Assembly: GCA_963768835.1 (NCBI GenBank)
Contig: CAVYJB010000001.1
Coordinates: 24,420 to 88,419 of the forward strand
From: an uncultured bacterium
GTDB lineage: Bacteria; Patescibacteriota; Minisyncoccia; UBA6257; GWB1-50-10
Length of the DNA stretch: 64,000 nt
Reading direction: 5' to 3'
Below the pieces are notes generated by a model. The model ran no database searches, had not been told where the DNA came from, and saw only the letters and a program-made list of their open reading frames with translations. Numbering within the stretch: the first letter of the stretch is position 1; every line of letters begins with the position of its first letter. This document shows positions 1 to 8,991 of this stretch, in pieces. Position numbers and translations under genes: made by a program.

Positions 1-78
1 CCCCCCGTTTCCCGCCTTAATCTGGATTTTTACGTCGTCTACGAGCATATCTCCATTGTATCAGGTAATCACAAAGAG

Positions 79-104
79 AAGACCCACGCTTTCGCGTGGG
101 TCTT
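79..104 (-). terminator. Rho-independent terminator hairpin downstream of the RRM-protein gene
   Basis: Perfect 11-bp inverted repeat aagacccacgc/gcgtgggtctt with a 4-nt loop; the minus-strand transcript is followed by a U-rich tract (ttctctttgt). Confidence 0.7.
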
Positions 105-128
105 CTTTGGTATTCGGAACGGGGAAGG

Positions 129-461
129 CTAGTAACGCCCGCCTCCGCCTCCGAAATCGCCCCGACCGCCACCAAAACCACGGTCCCCGCCGCGGAACCC
201 ACCAGGCTTTCTGTCGCCCAGAGGTCGCGCCTCGTTTACCACGATCTTGCGGCCGCCGAAGTCGGTACCATCCAGTGATTCGATCGCCTTCTGCGCTTCC
301 GCGTCATCGGACATCTCTACGAAGCCGAAACCGCGGCTCTTTCCCGAGAACTTGTCCATCAAGACAGTTGCCGAGGTAACGGCACCGTACTTGCTGAAAA
401 GCTCGTTGAGCTCCGCATCCGTCGTCGAATAGGGGAGGCCACCTACGTAAAGTTTCTTCAT
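129..461 (-). CDS. RNA-binding protein, RRM (RNP-type) domain with Gly/Arg-rich C-terminal tail
   Basis: RNP-2-like YVGGLPY and RNP-1 RGFGFVEM motifs; RGG/Gly-rich tail. Confidence 0.9.
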   Translation of the reverse strand: MKKLYVGGLPYSTTDAELNELFSKYGAVTSATVLMDKFSGKSRGFGFVEMSDDAEAQKAIESLDGTDFGGRKIVVNEARPLGDRKPGGFRGGDRGFGGGRGDFGGGGGRY

Positions 462-840
462 GGCTGCTCTATCGATATATGCTCTGTTCGACCTTCACCC
501 CCTACCCGCAGCTACCGCCTTACGTTGGCTTCGCGCTCAAGGATGCTTAATTAACAGGCCCCCGAAGTGTACCACAGACGCTCAGGAAGTGCAAGCCCCC
601 CACAACCACTCTCCTGTATAGGTTTTAGAGACCCCTTTTGATTGATGGGGACTATTTGTGCCAACCCGTGATCATTGTTAAGCCTTGGACTTCGCAGAGC
701 GTTTCAGAAAGTTCGCTGCCACAGACTAACTCCGCCTCTGCGCGCTCTGGCCTTGCGAGTAACGTCGTCTCATTACTTCAGGGAGTTACCTCTTCTCGCG
801 CATCGAAATCTGACTGGTGGTGCGGTATACTGTCTAGAGT

Positions 841-1380
841 ATGGAACAGAGTGAGTTCCAGCGGCTCGGCCGGAAAACCCTTACCCTCTTCGTTCTGAAG
901 AGGAGCGGTATTGGGCTTCTTCTGCTTGTCCTCTCAATCGTCCTTCTCATCGCCGGCGCCTCTGTCGCCGCCGTCGTTACAGGAGGAAGGATTGCGTTTC
1001 TTGTTGCTCTCGTCGTGCTTCTCGTGGCTGTCGGTATCGGTTGGCTCGAGTACGCTCGCTATAAAATCAGCCTGCGAAGCGATTCGATCCAGATATCGAG
1101 AGGCGTCCTCGAGGAAGAGGAGATAGGGGTTCCGTACCGGCATATCGAGGATGTCGCCATCCATCGCTCTCTGCTCGACCAGATTATCGGAGTCTCGAAC
1201 CTGACCCTTTCCATTACAAGTTCGGACAAGGACCTCACGGACCAGGTTGGCGCAAAGGTGATCGTACCCTCCATCGATCGCAAGTTGGCGGAGGATATCC
1301 AGCAGGAACTCATGAGCCGGGCGAATATCGAAGATATCAAGGTAGATTCCAGCCGTCCGCCTGCGGCTTCCCCGCTCTAG
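841..1380 (+). CDS. Membrane protein with bacterial PH (bPH_2/YdbS-like) domain
   Basis: Two N-terminal hydrophobic helices followed by a ~80-aa domain resembling bPH_2 (DUF304). Confidence 0.55.
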   Translation: MEQSEFQRLGRKTLTLFVLKRSGIGLLLLVLSIVLLIAGASVAAVVTGGRIAFLVALVVLLVAVGIGWLEYARYKISLRSDSIQISRGVLEEEEIGVPYRHIEDVAIHRSLLDQIIGVSNLTLSITSSDKDLTDQVGAKVIVPSIDRKLAEDIQQELMSRANIEDIKVDSSRPPAASPL

Positions 1381-1391
1381 CGGTTCGGCGT

Positions 1392-2663
1392 ATGCGAGAA
1401 GGAGGTCTTAAGCGATTCTGGAGGATGCTCGGTCCGGGCTTCATTTCCGGTGCCGCCGACGACGATCCTACCGCTATCGCGACTTATACCCAGGCGGGCG
1501 CCGCCTTCGGGTATCGCGAGCTTTGGACCGCTCTCTTCACGCTGCCCTTCATGGTCGTGATCCAGGAGATGTGCGGCCGCATCGGCATGGTGACGGGCCG
1601 GGGGCTCGCCGGAGTCATCCGGGACCACTACCCGCGCCGACTTCTGTACTTTGCCGTTACCCTGCTTTGTATTGCGAACATTGTGAATATCGGGGCCGAC
1701 CTCGGCGCCATGGCCGCCACCGTCCAGATGCTCCTCGGGCTCCCGGTCGTCGTCTGGCTTCTTGTCATCACCGGGCTTACCCTCGCGCTCGAGGTTTTTG
1801 TTTCCTATCGGACCTACGCGAAATACCTTCGGTACCTTGCGCTCGTGCTCATCGCCTATGTCGGGGTCGCGCTTCTCGTGCGGCAGGATTGGGGCGCGGT
1901 ACTTAAGGGAACGCTCCTTCCCTCCATTACATGGAACCGGACCTTCCTTCTTGGCCTTGTCGCCATTCTAGGGACCAACCTCTCTCCCTATCTCTTCTTC
2001 TGGCAGGCGAGCGAGGAGGTCGAGGAAGAGGTAGCCCACGGCCGCCTGCATTCCATGGGTACGAAAGTGCCGAGAGTTACTCGGAGCGATGATCGTCGCT
2101 TGCGCTGGGACACCGTGCTCGGCATGCTCTTCTCGAATATTATTGTGTTCTTTATTGCCATCGCGGCGGCTTCCACCCTCGGGCACGCCGGCATTACGAG
2201 CATCACCACGCCCCAAGAAGCGGCTCGGGCGCTTGCACCGCTTGCGGGGAATCTCGCTTCTCTCCTTTTCGCCCTAGGAATTCTTGGAAGCGGACTCCTC
2301 GCGGTACCGGTGCTCGCTGGCTCCGCATCGTACGCCCTTTCCGAGAGCCTGGGATGGAGAGAAGGGCTCTATCGGAAGTTTCGGCAAGCCCACGGTTTTT
2401 ACGGGGTTATCATCGTTGCGACATTGGTCGGCCTCCTAGTGAATCTCACGTCGATCCAGCCCTTTGAGCTTCTTATCTATGCCGCCGCGCTGAACGCCAT
2501 CTTGGCGCCTCCGCTTCTCGCCATCATCCTCGTGATTTCGCGGAACCGCAACGTGATGGGGGAATATGCGAGTAAAGGCATTTCCACCGTTCTCGGCGGG
2601 CTGACAGTAGTTCTCATGGCCGCGGCGGCCGTCGCGTTCCTCGTGTTGCTTTTCAAGGGCTAA
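1392..2663 (+). CDS. mntH: NRAMP-family divalent metal (Mn2+/Fe2+) transporter
   Basis: N-terminal GPGFISGAADDDPTAIATYTQAGAAFGY resembles the Nramp signature; multi-pass membrane protein of 423 aa. Confidence 0.8.
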   Translation: MREGGLKRFWRMLGPGFISGAADDDPTAIATYTQAGAAFGYRELWTALFTLPFMVVIQEMCGRIGMVTGRGLAGVIRDHYPRRLLYFAVTLLCIANIVNIGADLGAMAATVQMLLGLPVVVWLLVITGLTLALEVFVSYRTYAKYLRYLALVLIAYVGVALLVRQDWGAVLKGTLLPSITWNRTFLLGLVAILGTNLSPYLFFWQASEEVEEEVAHGRLHSMGTKVPRVTRSDDRRLRWDTVLGMLFSNIIVFFIAIAAASTLGHAGITSITTPQEAARALAPLAGNLASLLFALGILGSGLLAVPVLAGSASYALSESLGWREGLYRKFRQAHGFYGVIIVATLVGLLVNLTSIQPFELLIYAAALNAILAPPLLAIILVISRNRNVMGEYASKGISTVLGGLTVVLMAAAAVAFLVLLFKG

Positions 2664-3199
2664 CGCGCGGGCACGCGGTAGGACCACACGCCGTCCGTGT
2701 GGCCTAGCGGCGTCCAATCGGGGATGGGAAAGATATTCGACGCGATGGGAGTGCCCGGTCGGAGCTCCTTTGCGAATTTCTGGCCGAGCTCCCGCATGAT
2801 GTAGGGGATGCCGTAAACCACGAGCCCGTCGAACCGGGAAAGGTCCGCGCGCCAGAAACTCGAGAGATGTACGCGTGCCCGGTCTCTGAATCCCGCTTTC
2901 CGGATGCGGAAACGGGTTATCCACACGAGGAGGGGATTTACCTCGAACCCTTCGACGGTGGCTCCTTGTGCCACGAGAGCGAGAAGCAAGCGTCCGTCCC
3001 CGGAGCCGAGATCCGCGAGGTGCTTCCCCGGCCCCGGACTGAGAATAGCGATGGTCTGCTGGGTTGCCTTTGCGCTTGTCGGAAAGTAGATGGCACCGCG
3101 GAGCATGGGTCGGAGGAGGAGATAGATGAGGATTACGAAGATTGCCGTCTTCGCGATAAGGAACATGAGCATCCCATTCATTATACAAAGATTCCGCAC
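2660..3199 (-). CDS. Membrane-anchored class I SAM-dependent methyltransferase
   Basis: N-terminal TM helix; LADLGSGDGRLLLALVAQGATVEGFEVNP glycine-rich SAM-binding motif; start could be an internal Met (MNGMLMF). Confidence 0.65.
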   Translation of the reverse strand: MRNLCIMNGMLMFLIAKTAIFVILIYLLLRPMLRGAIYFPTSAKATQQTIAILSPGPGKHLADLGSGDGRLLLALVAQGATVEGFEVNPLLVWITRFRIRKAGFRDRARVHLSSFWRADLSRFDGLVVYGIPYIMRELGQKFAKELRPGTPIASNIFPIPDWTPLGHTDGVWSYRVPAR

Positions 3200-3303
3200 A
3201 ACCCCGGTTTACCAGTTCCGAGATTTTTGATATCCTAAAGTCAGCCAGCGCACCACCCAACTAAATACTGGAACTGCTACCACAGCGAAAAGGAGATACG
3301 AAA

Positions 3304-3531
3304 ATGTCCGAGGGAACTATCAAGGTGACTTGGGAGCGTTTCGACGGAACCCACAGTAAGAATCCGCACCCGCCGAAGTGCCATAGCTGTGAGAGCCCCG
3401 CGACGCAGGAAGTTGTATGCCGCCGCGGCGAAAGGGAGAGCCGTGTCCCATGCTGCGAACTCATTCCCTGCCGGAACATGGCGGGCAGGGAGGCTCGACA
3501 AGCCCTCGAGGGCCAACCCCAAGCTGTTTAA
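3304..3531 (+). CDS. Small Cys-rich hypothetical protein (possible zinc-binding)
   Basis: Strong SD aaggag 8 nt upstream of the ATG; GC3 close to that of confident genes; competes with the antisense ORF 3277..3573. Confidence 0.3.
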   Translation: MSEGTIKVTWERFDGTHSKNPHPPKCHSCESPATQEVVCRRGERESRVPCCELIPCRNMAGREARQALEGQPQAV

Positions 3532-3579
3532 CCGCTGATTCCACTCGCCCCGCGCTTTCCATGCGCGGGGCATCTTTCT

Positions 3580-4155
3580 CTACGCCTGCGGTGATCGAAA
3601 CGCAGCTTTCAAGCCAACAAATACTAAGGTAAGAAACATCGCGGTGCCCCACGCCAGAACGGTGATGAGATTCAACGCGTCAACGCGCTTTTCAACCTCG
3701 CGGAGCGAACGCCCCGCAGCCACGAAGCCAGGGTGCGCACCTCCATAGTGAACCACAATAAGCGCCTCCCGGACGCTGCTTTCCGGCTGCCACGTGACGC
3801 GCTCCTCGCCGGCCGTGCGGGTGTAAGCGAAAATTCCATTGGGTAGTTCCGGAAGAGAACCGCTCAAGAGTCCCGACGCGGCGATTGGTTTTCCTGTGTC
3901 GTCGTAGATGGCGAGGAAGGGAGCAAGGCTTGTTCCGATGTCCACGCTCGCCGTGGGGATGACGGCAACAGGGCTCGCGCCCGCCGCAAGCATCGTAGCG
4001 GCATCTTCCGCCATCTGGATCTGTGGGTCGTTCGCGCTCTGCCGATAATTCTGTTGGACCGCAAGATTGACGAGACCTGTGAGAACGGTCACCGCAACTG
4101 CGAGAGGTAACCACGCAAGAAGAATATGGAAGAGAGAAGGACGTACTGGATTCAT
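3580..4155 (-). CDS. Hypothetical membrane protein (N- and C-terminal TM helices)
   Basis: ORF with hydrophobic termini; no recognisable motif. Confidence 0.5.
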   Translation of the reverse strand: MNPVRPSLFHILLAWLPLAVAVTVLTGLVNLAVQQNYRQSANDPQIQMAEDAATMLAAGASPVAVIPTASVDIGTSLAPFLAIYDDTGKPIAASGLLSGSLPELPNGIFAYTRTAGEERVTWQPESSVREALIVVHYGGAHPGFVAAGRSLREVEKRVDALNLITVLAWGTAMFLTLVFVGLKAAFRSPQA

Positions 4156-4226
4156 GGGGAAAGTATAGGATGTTACGCTCTATTTTGCCAGATTGCACCC
4201 ATGGGTCGGCCTGGTATGATTGGAGG

Positions 4227-5024
4227 ATGCGACAAAAGCTGGCTCACTTTGTTCCTGCAATTCTTCTTGTTCTAGCGCTCCTCGTCGGCATCGCCGTAGG
4301 GCACTTCGCATGGATGAGCCGGACGTCCGTGCACGGAAATCTCGTTCCGGTGGTTGCGACCGCCTCAACGTCTACTACAAGTCTCGCGCTTAATGTGGTT
4401 TCGGTACACGACACCTCGAATCCTCTCTACCGTATCGATGTGGAGTATCCGGAAATCTCCGCAGCGCCCGTGGAATGGAACGCATCCATCAAGACCTTCA
4501 TCGATGGAAAGATTGCAGAGTTCGAGAAGAATTCGAACGACAACTGGAAGGCTCGACAGGACACCGCTCCGGCAAATGCTCCCGTACCCGCACCCCAAGG
4601 TGAACCGTTCTACCTCAAGATTTCTTGGTCGCCGGAGCAGCTGAATGCTCATTACCTGAGCTTCATCATCCGCCTGGAGGCCTTTGAGGGCGGTGCGAAC
4701 GAGCGACAGGAACTCTGGACTTGGAACTATGACCTCGAGCAGCACCGCGACATCTCGTTGGGGGATCTGTTCCCCAACGTTCCGGATTACCTCACGAAAA
4801 TCGCGAAGCTTTCCCATGACGAACTACTCCCTCAGCTTCAGATAGCTTCGGACGACAACGCTTCGCAGGACATGCTCAACGCCGGAACCGCGCCCACCGC
4901 CGAGAACTTCCAAAACTTCCTTTTCAACGATCAGATAGTCACCATCTACTTCCCGAAGTACCAGGTTGCGCCCGGCGTCTTTGGTGAACAGCACGTCATT
5001 ATCCCGCGGGGGAGCATCCAATAA
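4227..5024 (+). CDS. DUF3298/DUF4163 (RsiV-like) domain protein, signal-anchored
   Basis: C-terminal IVTIYFPKYQVAPGVFGEQHVIIP typical of DUF3298; start chosen at MRQKLAHF, alternative ATG at 4170. Confidence 0.6.
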   Translation: MRQKLAHFVPAILLVLALLVGIAVGHFAWMSRTSVHGNLVPVVATASTSTTSLALNVVSVHDTSNPLYRIDVEYPEISAAPVEWNASIKTFIDGKIAEFEKNSNDNWKARQDTAPANAPVPAPQGEPFYLKISWSPEQLNAHYLSFIIRLEAFEGGANERQELWTWNYDLEQHRDISLGDLFPNVPDYLTKIAKLSHDELLPQLQIASDDNASQDMLNAGTAPTAENFQNFLFNDQIVTIYFPKYQVAPGVFGEQHVIIPRGSIQ

Positions 5025-5032
5025 AACCAACG

Positions 5033-5602
5033 ATGCCTGATTTTATTCACCCTACCCAGATTCCTGAACCGCCCCTCGCGCGCGTTCTTTTCGCCGACAC
5101 GCGTTTCGCGTGGGTGTGGCTTCTTCTTCGGCTCTACGTCGGATATGAGTGGCTCGCGGCAGGTTGGGAAAAAGTACAGAGCAGCGCGTGGGTGGGTGCA
5201 CATGCGGGTTCAGCTCTTCAAGGTTTCATTCTAGGGGCGCTCCAGAAAGCCGGCGGCGGGCACCCCGACGTTTCCGGCTGGTACGCGTGGTTTCTCCAAA
5301 CGCTCGTGCTCCCGCACCCCGCATTCTTTTCTTATCTTGTCACCTTAGGGGAGTTGGCGGTCGGTCTTGGGCTCGCGCTCGGGCTCTTCACGGGGCTCGC
5401 GGCATTCTTCGGTTCCTTCATGAACCTGAACTATCTTTTTGCGGGGACCGTGAGCGTAAACCCTCTGCTTTTCTTCATCCAGATCTTTCTCATTCTCGCG
5501 TGGCGCGTCGCGGGAAGCTGGGGATTGGATCGTTACCTCTTGCCGCGCCTCGGCGTCCCTTGGAATCCGGGACCGTGGTTCAGGCGCTCTCCCGAGGTAT
5601 AA
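5033..5602 (+). CDS. DoxX-family membrane protein
   Basis: Four predicted TM helices with YVGYEWLAAGWEK, consistent with DoxX/TQO small subunit. Confidence 0.5.
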   Translation: MPDFIHPTQIPEPPLARVLFADTRFAWVWLLLRLYVGYEWLAAGWEKVQSSAWVGAHAGSALQGFILGALQKAGGGHPDVSGWYAWFLQTLVLPHPAFFSYLVTLGELAVGLGLALGLFTGLAAFFGSFMNLNYLFAGTVSVNPLLFFIQIFLILAWRVAGSWGLDRYLLPRLGVPWNPGPWFRRSPEV

Positions 5603-5631
5603 GAACCCCGCCGATGGCGGGGTTTTTTCTA
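5603..5631. terminator. Bidirectional rho-independent terminator between convergent genes
   Basis: aaccccgcc gatg ggcggggtt hairpin followed by tttttt. Confidence 0.8.
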
Positions 5632-6177
5632 TTTCGTCTCTTTCAGAAGCTCCGTGAAACGCTTGCGGAGTTTCTCAAGTTTGGGGCTTATCACGACTTG
5701 GCAGTATGGTTGGTCTTCATGCGTGCGGTAGTACTCACGGTGATACGCCTCGGCAGGATAAACAGCATCCAGAGGCTGCACCTCCGTCACGACCTTCGCA
5801 CCCATTGGCTCCCCTTGGTCCAGCTCTTGGATAAAAGCTTCCGCTTCTTTTTTCTGCGCATCGGTAGTTGTGAGAATAATGGAACGATACTGGGTGCCGA
5901 CGTCGGCGCCCTGACGGTTCAGGGTTGTGGGATCGTGCGTTGCGAAAAAGACCGTGAGGAGGTCGTGGTAGGCGATGCGGGACGGATTGAACTCTATTTT
6001 GATGACTTCCGCATGGCCGGTCCGACCGCTCGAGACCTGTTCATAGGTCGGGTTTGCGGTCGTTCCTCCCGCATAACCAGACATTACCGAGACGACTCCT
6101 TTCAGAGACTCGAAAACGGCTTCTGTGCACCAAAAACACCCACCCCCGAACACCGCCACTTCGTTCTTAGTTTCCAT
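5629..6177 (-). CDS. msrA: Peptide methionine sulfoxide reductase MsrA
   Basis: VFGGGCFWCTEAVF active-site motif and overall MsrA-like sequence. Confidence 0.92.
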   Translation of the reverse strand: METKNEVAVFGGGCFWCTEAVFESLKGVVSVMSGYAGGTTANPTYEQVSSGRTGHAEVIKIEFNPSRIAYHDLLTVFFATHDPTTLNRQGADVGTQYRSIILTTTDAQKKEAEAFIQELDQGEPMGAKVVTEVQPLDAVYPAEAYHREYYRTHEDQPYCQVVISPKLEKLRKRFTELLKETK

Positions 6178-6252
6178 ATAGAATCATTCTACTATATACA
6201 ACAGGAAGGTTTGCAGCCCAAGGGAAATGGCCCTGTGGTATAATCAGATATT

Positions 6253-6963
6253 ATGCTTAATGTTCCTTTAATAGTCGCTTTCGTCGCCGGTATCGTGTCC
6301 TTCCTTTCGCCCTGCGTGCTCCCCATCATCCCGGGTTTTCTTGCGTACCTAGCGGGAGAATCCTCCTCGAGTGGTGAACATCCCCGACGCGCTGCGGTTT
6401 TCCTGAACAGTTGCTTCTTCGTCCTCGGTTTTTCCGTCGTCTTCGCGATCCTCGGCGTTCTTTTAAACGGTGTCCTTGCTCACGTTGCGTATGGCGTCCA
6501 GACATGGCTCTCCCGCATCGGCGGCGCGCTCATCATATTCTTCGGCCTCTATCTCATGGGGCTCATCCATATCGGTTTCCTGGAGTATGACCATAAGATG
6601 AACGTTGGTATCAAGACCCGCTCCCGCTACCTCACGTCCCTTCTCTTCGGACTCGCGTTTGCGGCAGGTTGGACGCCCTGCGTGGGGCCGGTCTTGGGAG
6701 GGATTCTCGGCTTCGCGGCCACATCGCCGGGCCAGGCGCTCTACCTCCTCCTCGCATACGCGCTGGGGCTCGGGATACCGTTTCTCATCGTAGGTCTTTT
6801 CGTAGCGCAAGCCGCGCATCTCATCCAGCGCTATCTCGGTGCTCTGGTGTGGGTGGAACGCGTCTTCGGAGCTATCCTCGTGGCACTCGGCATTCTGGTT
6901 TTCACACAGAATCTTTCGCTCATCGCGAATTTCGATTTCCTGAACAAACTTCTCCTTAAATGA
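6253..6963 (+). CDS. ccdA: Cytochrome c-type biogenesis / thiol-disulfide transporter CcdA (DsbD family)
   Basis: SFLSPCVLP and second Cys motif WTPCVGP; six TM helices; no SD, so possibly leaderless. Confidence 0.85.
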   Translation: MLNVPLIVAFVAGIVSFLSPCVLPIIPGFLAYLAGESSSSGEHPRRAAVFLNSCFFVLGFSVVFAILGVLLNGVLAHVAYGVQTWLSRIGGALIIFFGLYLMGLIHIGFLEYDHKMNVGIKTRSRYLTSLLFGLAFAAGWTPCVGPVLGGILGFAATSPGQALYLLLAYALGLGIPFLIVGLFVAQAAHLIQRYLGALVWVERVFGAILVALGILVFTQNLSLIANFDFLNKLLLK

Positions 6964-8153
6964 AAAAGAATATCGCCCTCGTATCGGTTCTTGTCGTCGT
7001 TGTCCTCGCGATCGTCTATCTTGAAGGGCTGAAAGCGGGTCCGACAACACCGAGCGGCCCCACGAAAAGCGTTTCCATCGCTCTTCCGTCGCCGACGGTA
7101 CAACCGTCAGAAACCTCAACGGTTCCGATTGCATCGTCCGGAACCCAGCCTGCGGCACCCTCCGTATCGCTCGCCTCCATCCGCGCGGAAGACGCAAAGA
7201 ACGGCTATCCGCCTGCGGTGGAACTTGTGGATCCCACAGGGTTTGTGAACACCCCTCCCTTCAAGCTCGCGGATCTCGTGGGCAAAAAGGTTATCCTTCT
7301 CGACTTTTGGACCTACAGCTGCATTAACTGCATCCGAACGCTTCCATATCTCACCGCATGGTATGCGAAGTACCATGACCAAGGCCTTGAGATTGTGGGT
7401 GTTCACACGCCGGAGTTCGAGTTCGAGAAGGATATTGCAAACGTCCAGGCCGCGACACAAAAATTCGGCATTCTCTATCCCGTGGTCCTCGATTCAAACT
7501 ACGGCACGTGGCAGGCCTATAATAACCTATACTGGCCCCACGAATATCTCATCGATATCGCGGGAAACATCGTCCACGACCATATCGGGGAAGGGGACTA
7601 CGACGCGACGGAAGCCGAGATACAGAAGCTCTTGGCGCAGCGCGCGGAGGCCTTAGGTCTAGGACCGATGCCCGAGGCGACCGGCACCACCGCTATCGCT
7701 CCTGCTGATCTTTCAGGCGTCGGAAGCCCCGAAACGTACTTCGGCGCGGCGAGGAACCAATATCTGGCAAATGGCGTGCAGAGCACCCAGGGGACGCAAT
7801 CCCTCACGCTGCCTTCAAGCACCACCCTGAACCAGCTTTACCTCGATGGAAATTGGAACTTCGTGCAGGAATATGCAACGAATGTTGCGGGTGGCGCGAA
7901 GATCCTCTATAAATACCACTCCGCGAAGGTTTTCCTTGTCGCGAGCGCACCCGCGGGAGTCACGGTGGAGGTTTTGCAGGATGGCAAACCCATCGGCTCC
8001 GCGGCAGGAAGTGACGTCGTGGATGGAAAGGTAACCGTGAAGGAAAGCCGCCTTTATAGCCTGGCGTCGAACCCCGATGGTGCGGGCGATCATACGCTGG
8101 AACTCATCATTGATGGCCCGGGACTCCAGGCGTACACCTTCACTTTCGGGTGA
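6960..8153 (+). CDS. Membrane-anchored thioredoxin-like (TlpA/ResA-type) oxidoreductase with DipZ-like C-terminal domain
   Basis: ATGA overlap with ccdA; LLDFWTYSCINCIRTLPY (CxxC redoxin); C-terminal ~150 aa resembles the extra domain of mycobacterial DipZ. Confidence 0.75.
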   Translation: MKKNIALVSVLVVVVLAIVYLEGLKAGPTTPSGPTKSVSIALPSPTVQPSETSTVPIASSGTQPAAPSVSLASIRAEDAKNGYPPAVELVDPTGFVNTPPFKLADLVGKKVILLDFWTYSCINCIRTLPYLTAWYAKYHDQGLEIVGVHTPEFEFEKDIANVQAATQKFGILYPVVLDSNYGTWQAYNNLYWPHEYLIDIAGNIVHDHIGEGDYDATEAEIQKLLAQRAEALGLGPMPEATGTTAIAPADLSGVGSPETYFGAARNQYLANGVQSTQGTQSLTLPSSTTLNQLYLDGNWNFVQEYATNVAGGAKILYKYHSAKVFLVASAPAGVTVEVLQDGKPIGSAAGSDVVDGKVTVKESRLYSLASNPDGAGDHTLELIIDGPGLQAYTFTFG

Positions 8154-8175
8154 TGCCTTTCGCTTCTACTAAAAA

Positions 8176-8206
8176 AACCAGCCCCTCTCAGGGCTGGTTT
8201 GTTTTA
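8176..8206. terminator. Bidirectional terminator
   Basis: aaccagccc/gggctggtt hairpin flanked by an A-run and ttgtttt. Confidence 0.75.
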
Positions 8207-8219
8207 AGTTCCCCGCTTC

Positions 8220-8900
8220 CTATTGGCAGTGGAGTGCCGAGAGACATTGCGCTTTCGCGCTCGCATCTGGAATTATATTACACTGCGCGCACTGGGCCGA
8301 TGCGCCCCCGGAGGGCGGGTTATAATTCGGACCGGTCGAGCTCTTGGGGAGCGTCGCGCCGGAAGGACCACCAGGCAGCGCTCCTTGCATCATTGCGCTC
8401 ATGTCCGTGAATGTTATGCCCGCCGGCGGCACAAACTCGCTTGGATCGCCGGACCAGGGACTGCAGGAGTAATTCGCTTTTGCATCCGGATTCACGCCGC
8501 CCGCTTGACTGCCCTGCCCTCCGACCGCCGAGAATGCCATTTTGATGCCCTGCGGCATCTGGCTACTCCACATCTTTGCCGTCTGCCCGTCTGTGATCAT
8601 GTGACTTGTTACTGTTTGCCCCGAACCCGCAGTCGCAGTAAAGTCACCACGCATATGGCCTCCCGAGACATAGATCTGGCCCGATGCGCCTCCGTTTGCC
8701 GCGGAGCTTGAGAAGGAGCAGGTCTGCGGAGCGCCGCTCGCGAGAAGATCTCTCAAGGATTGCATCGGGGAAGAGCCTCCCGCAGGCTGTGGCGACGCCA
8801 CTGGCGTGCCGCCTGGACCGGATTTCGAAGAAAACGCGAGCCATACGATGACGCCGACCACGACCACCGCGATGACCACGTACAGAACTTTTTTATTCAT
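8220..8900 (-). CDS. Secreted hypothetical protein with Cys-rich C-terminus
   Basis: Start at MNKKVLYVVIAVVVV (signal anchor); the longer ORF to 9023 would overlap the helicase gene. Confidence 0.5.
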   Translation of the reverse strand: MNKKVLYVVIAVVVVGVIVWLAFSSKSGPGGTPVASPQPAGGSSPMQSLRDLLASGAPQTCSFSSSAANGGASGQIYVSGGHMRGDFTATAGSGQTVTSHMITDGQTAKMWSSQMPQGIKMAFSAVGGQGSQAGGVNPDAKANYSCSPWSGDPSEFVPPAGITFTDMSAMMQGALPGGPSGATLPKSSTGPNYNPPSGGASAQCAQCNIIPDASAKAQCLSALHCQ

Positions 8901-8991
8901 TGTTTTAGTATAGCAAATCGGATTTCTCAGCGAAACGTCGGCAAGCGGCCCCCATTGCGGTTTCTCGCGTTCTGTGTTATCCTTGGGGCAG

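Noticed and set aside
2436-3260. Long antisense ORFs such as 2436..3260(-), 5149..6243(+), 11266..11979(-), 23515..24078(-), 24094..25017(-), 30884..32266(-), 33617..34126(-), 50888..51514(+), 53851..54828(-)
   Set aside because: They overlap confidently identified genes on the opposite strand. Their products are Arg/Ala/Pro-rich low-complexity sequences typical of spurious ORFs in GC-rich DNA, and none has a recognisable motif.
3277-3573. Minus-strand 98-aa ORF between the methyltransferase and the membrane-protein genes
   Set aside because: It competes with the plus-strand 75-aa ORF 3304..3531, which has a canonical aaggag-N8-ATG RBS and higher GC3. Neither is certain, and the minus ORF remains a possible alternative.
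6195-6252. Extended -10 promoter 'tgtggtataat' upstream of ccdA
   Set aside because: Re-reading the sequence shows ...ctgtggtaatcag..., so a TATAAT hexamer is not present. Only weak -10 candidates (ggtaat, tatata) remain, so no promoter is reported.
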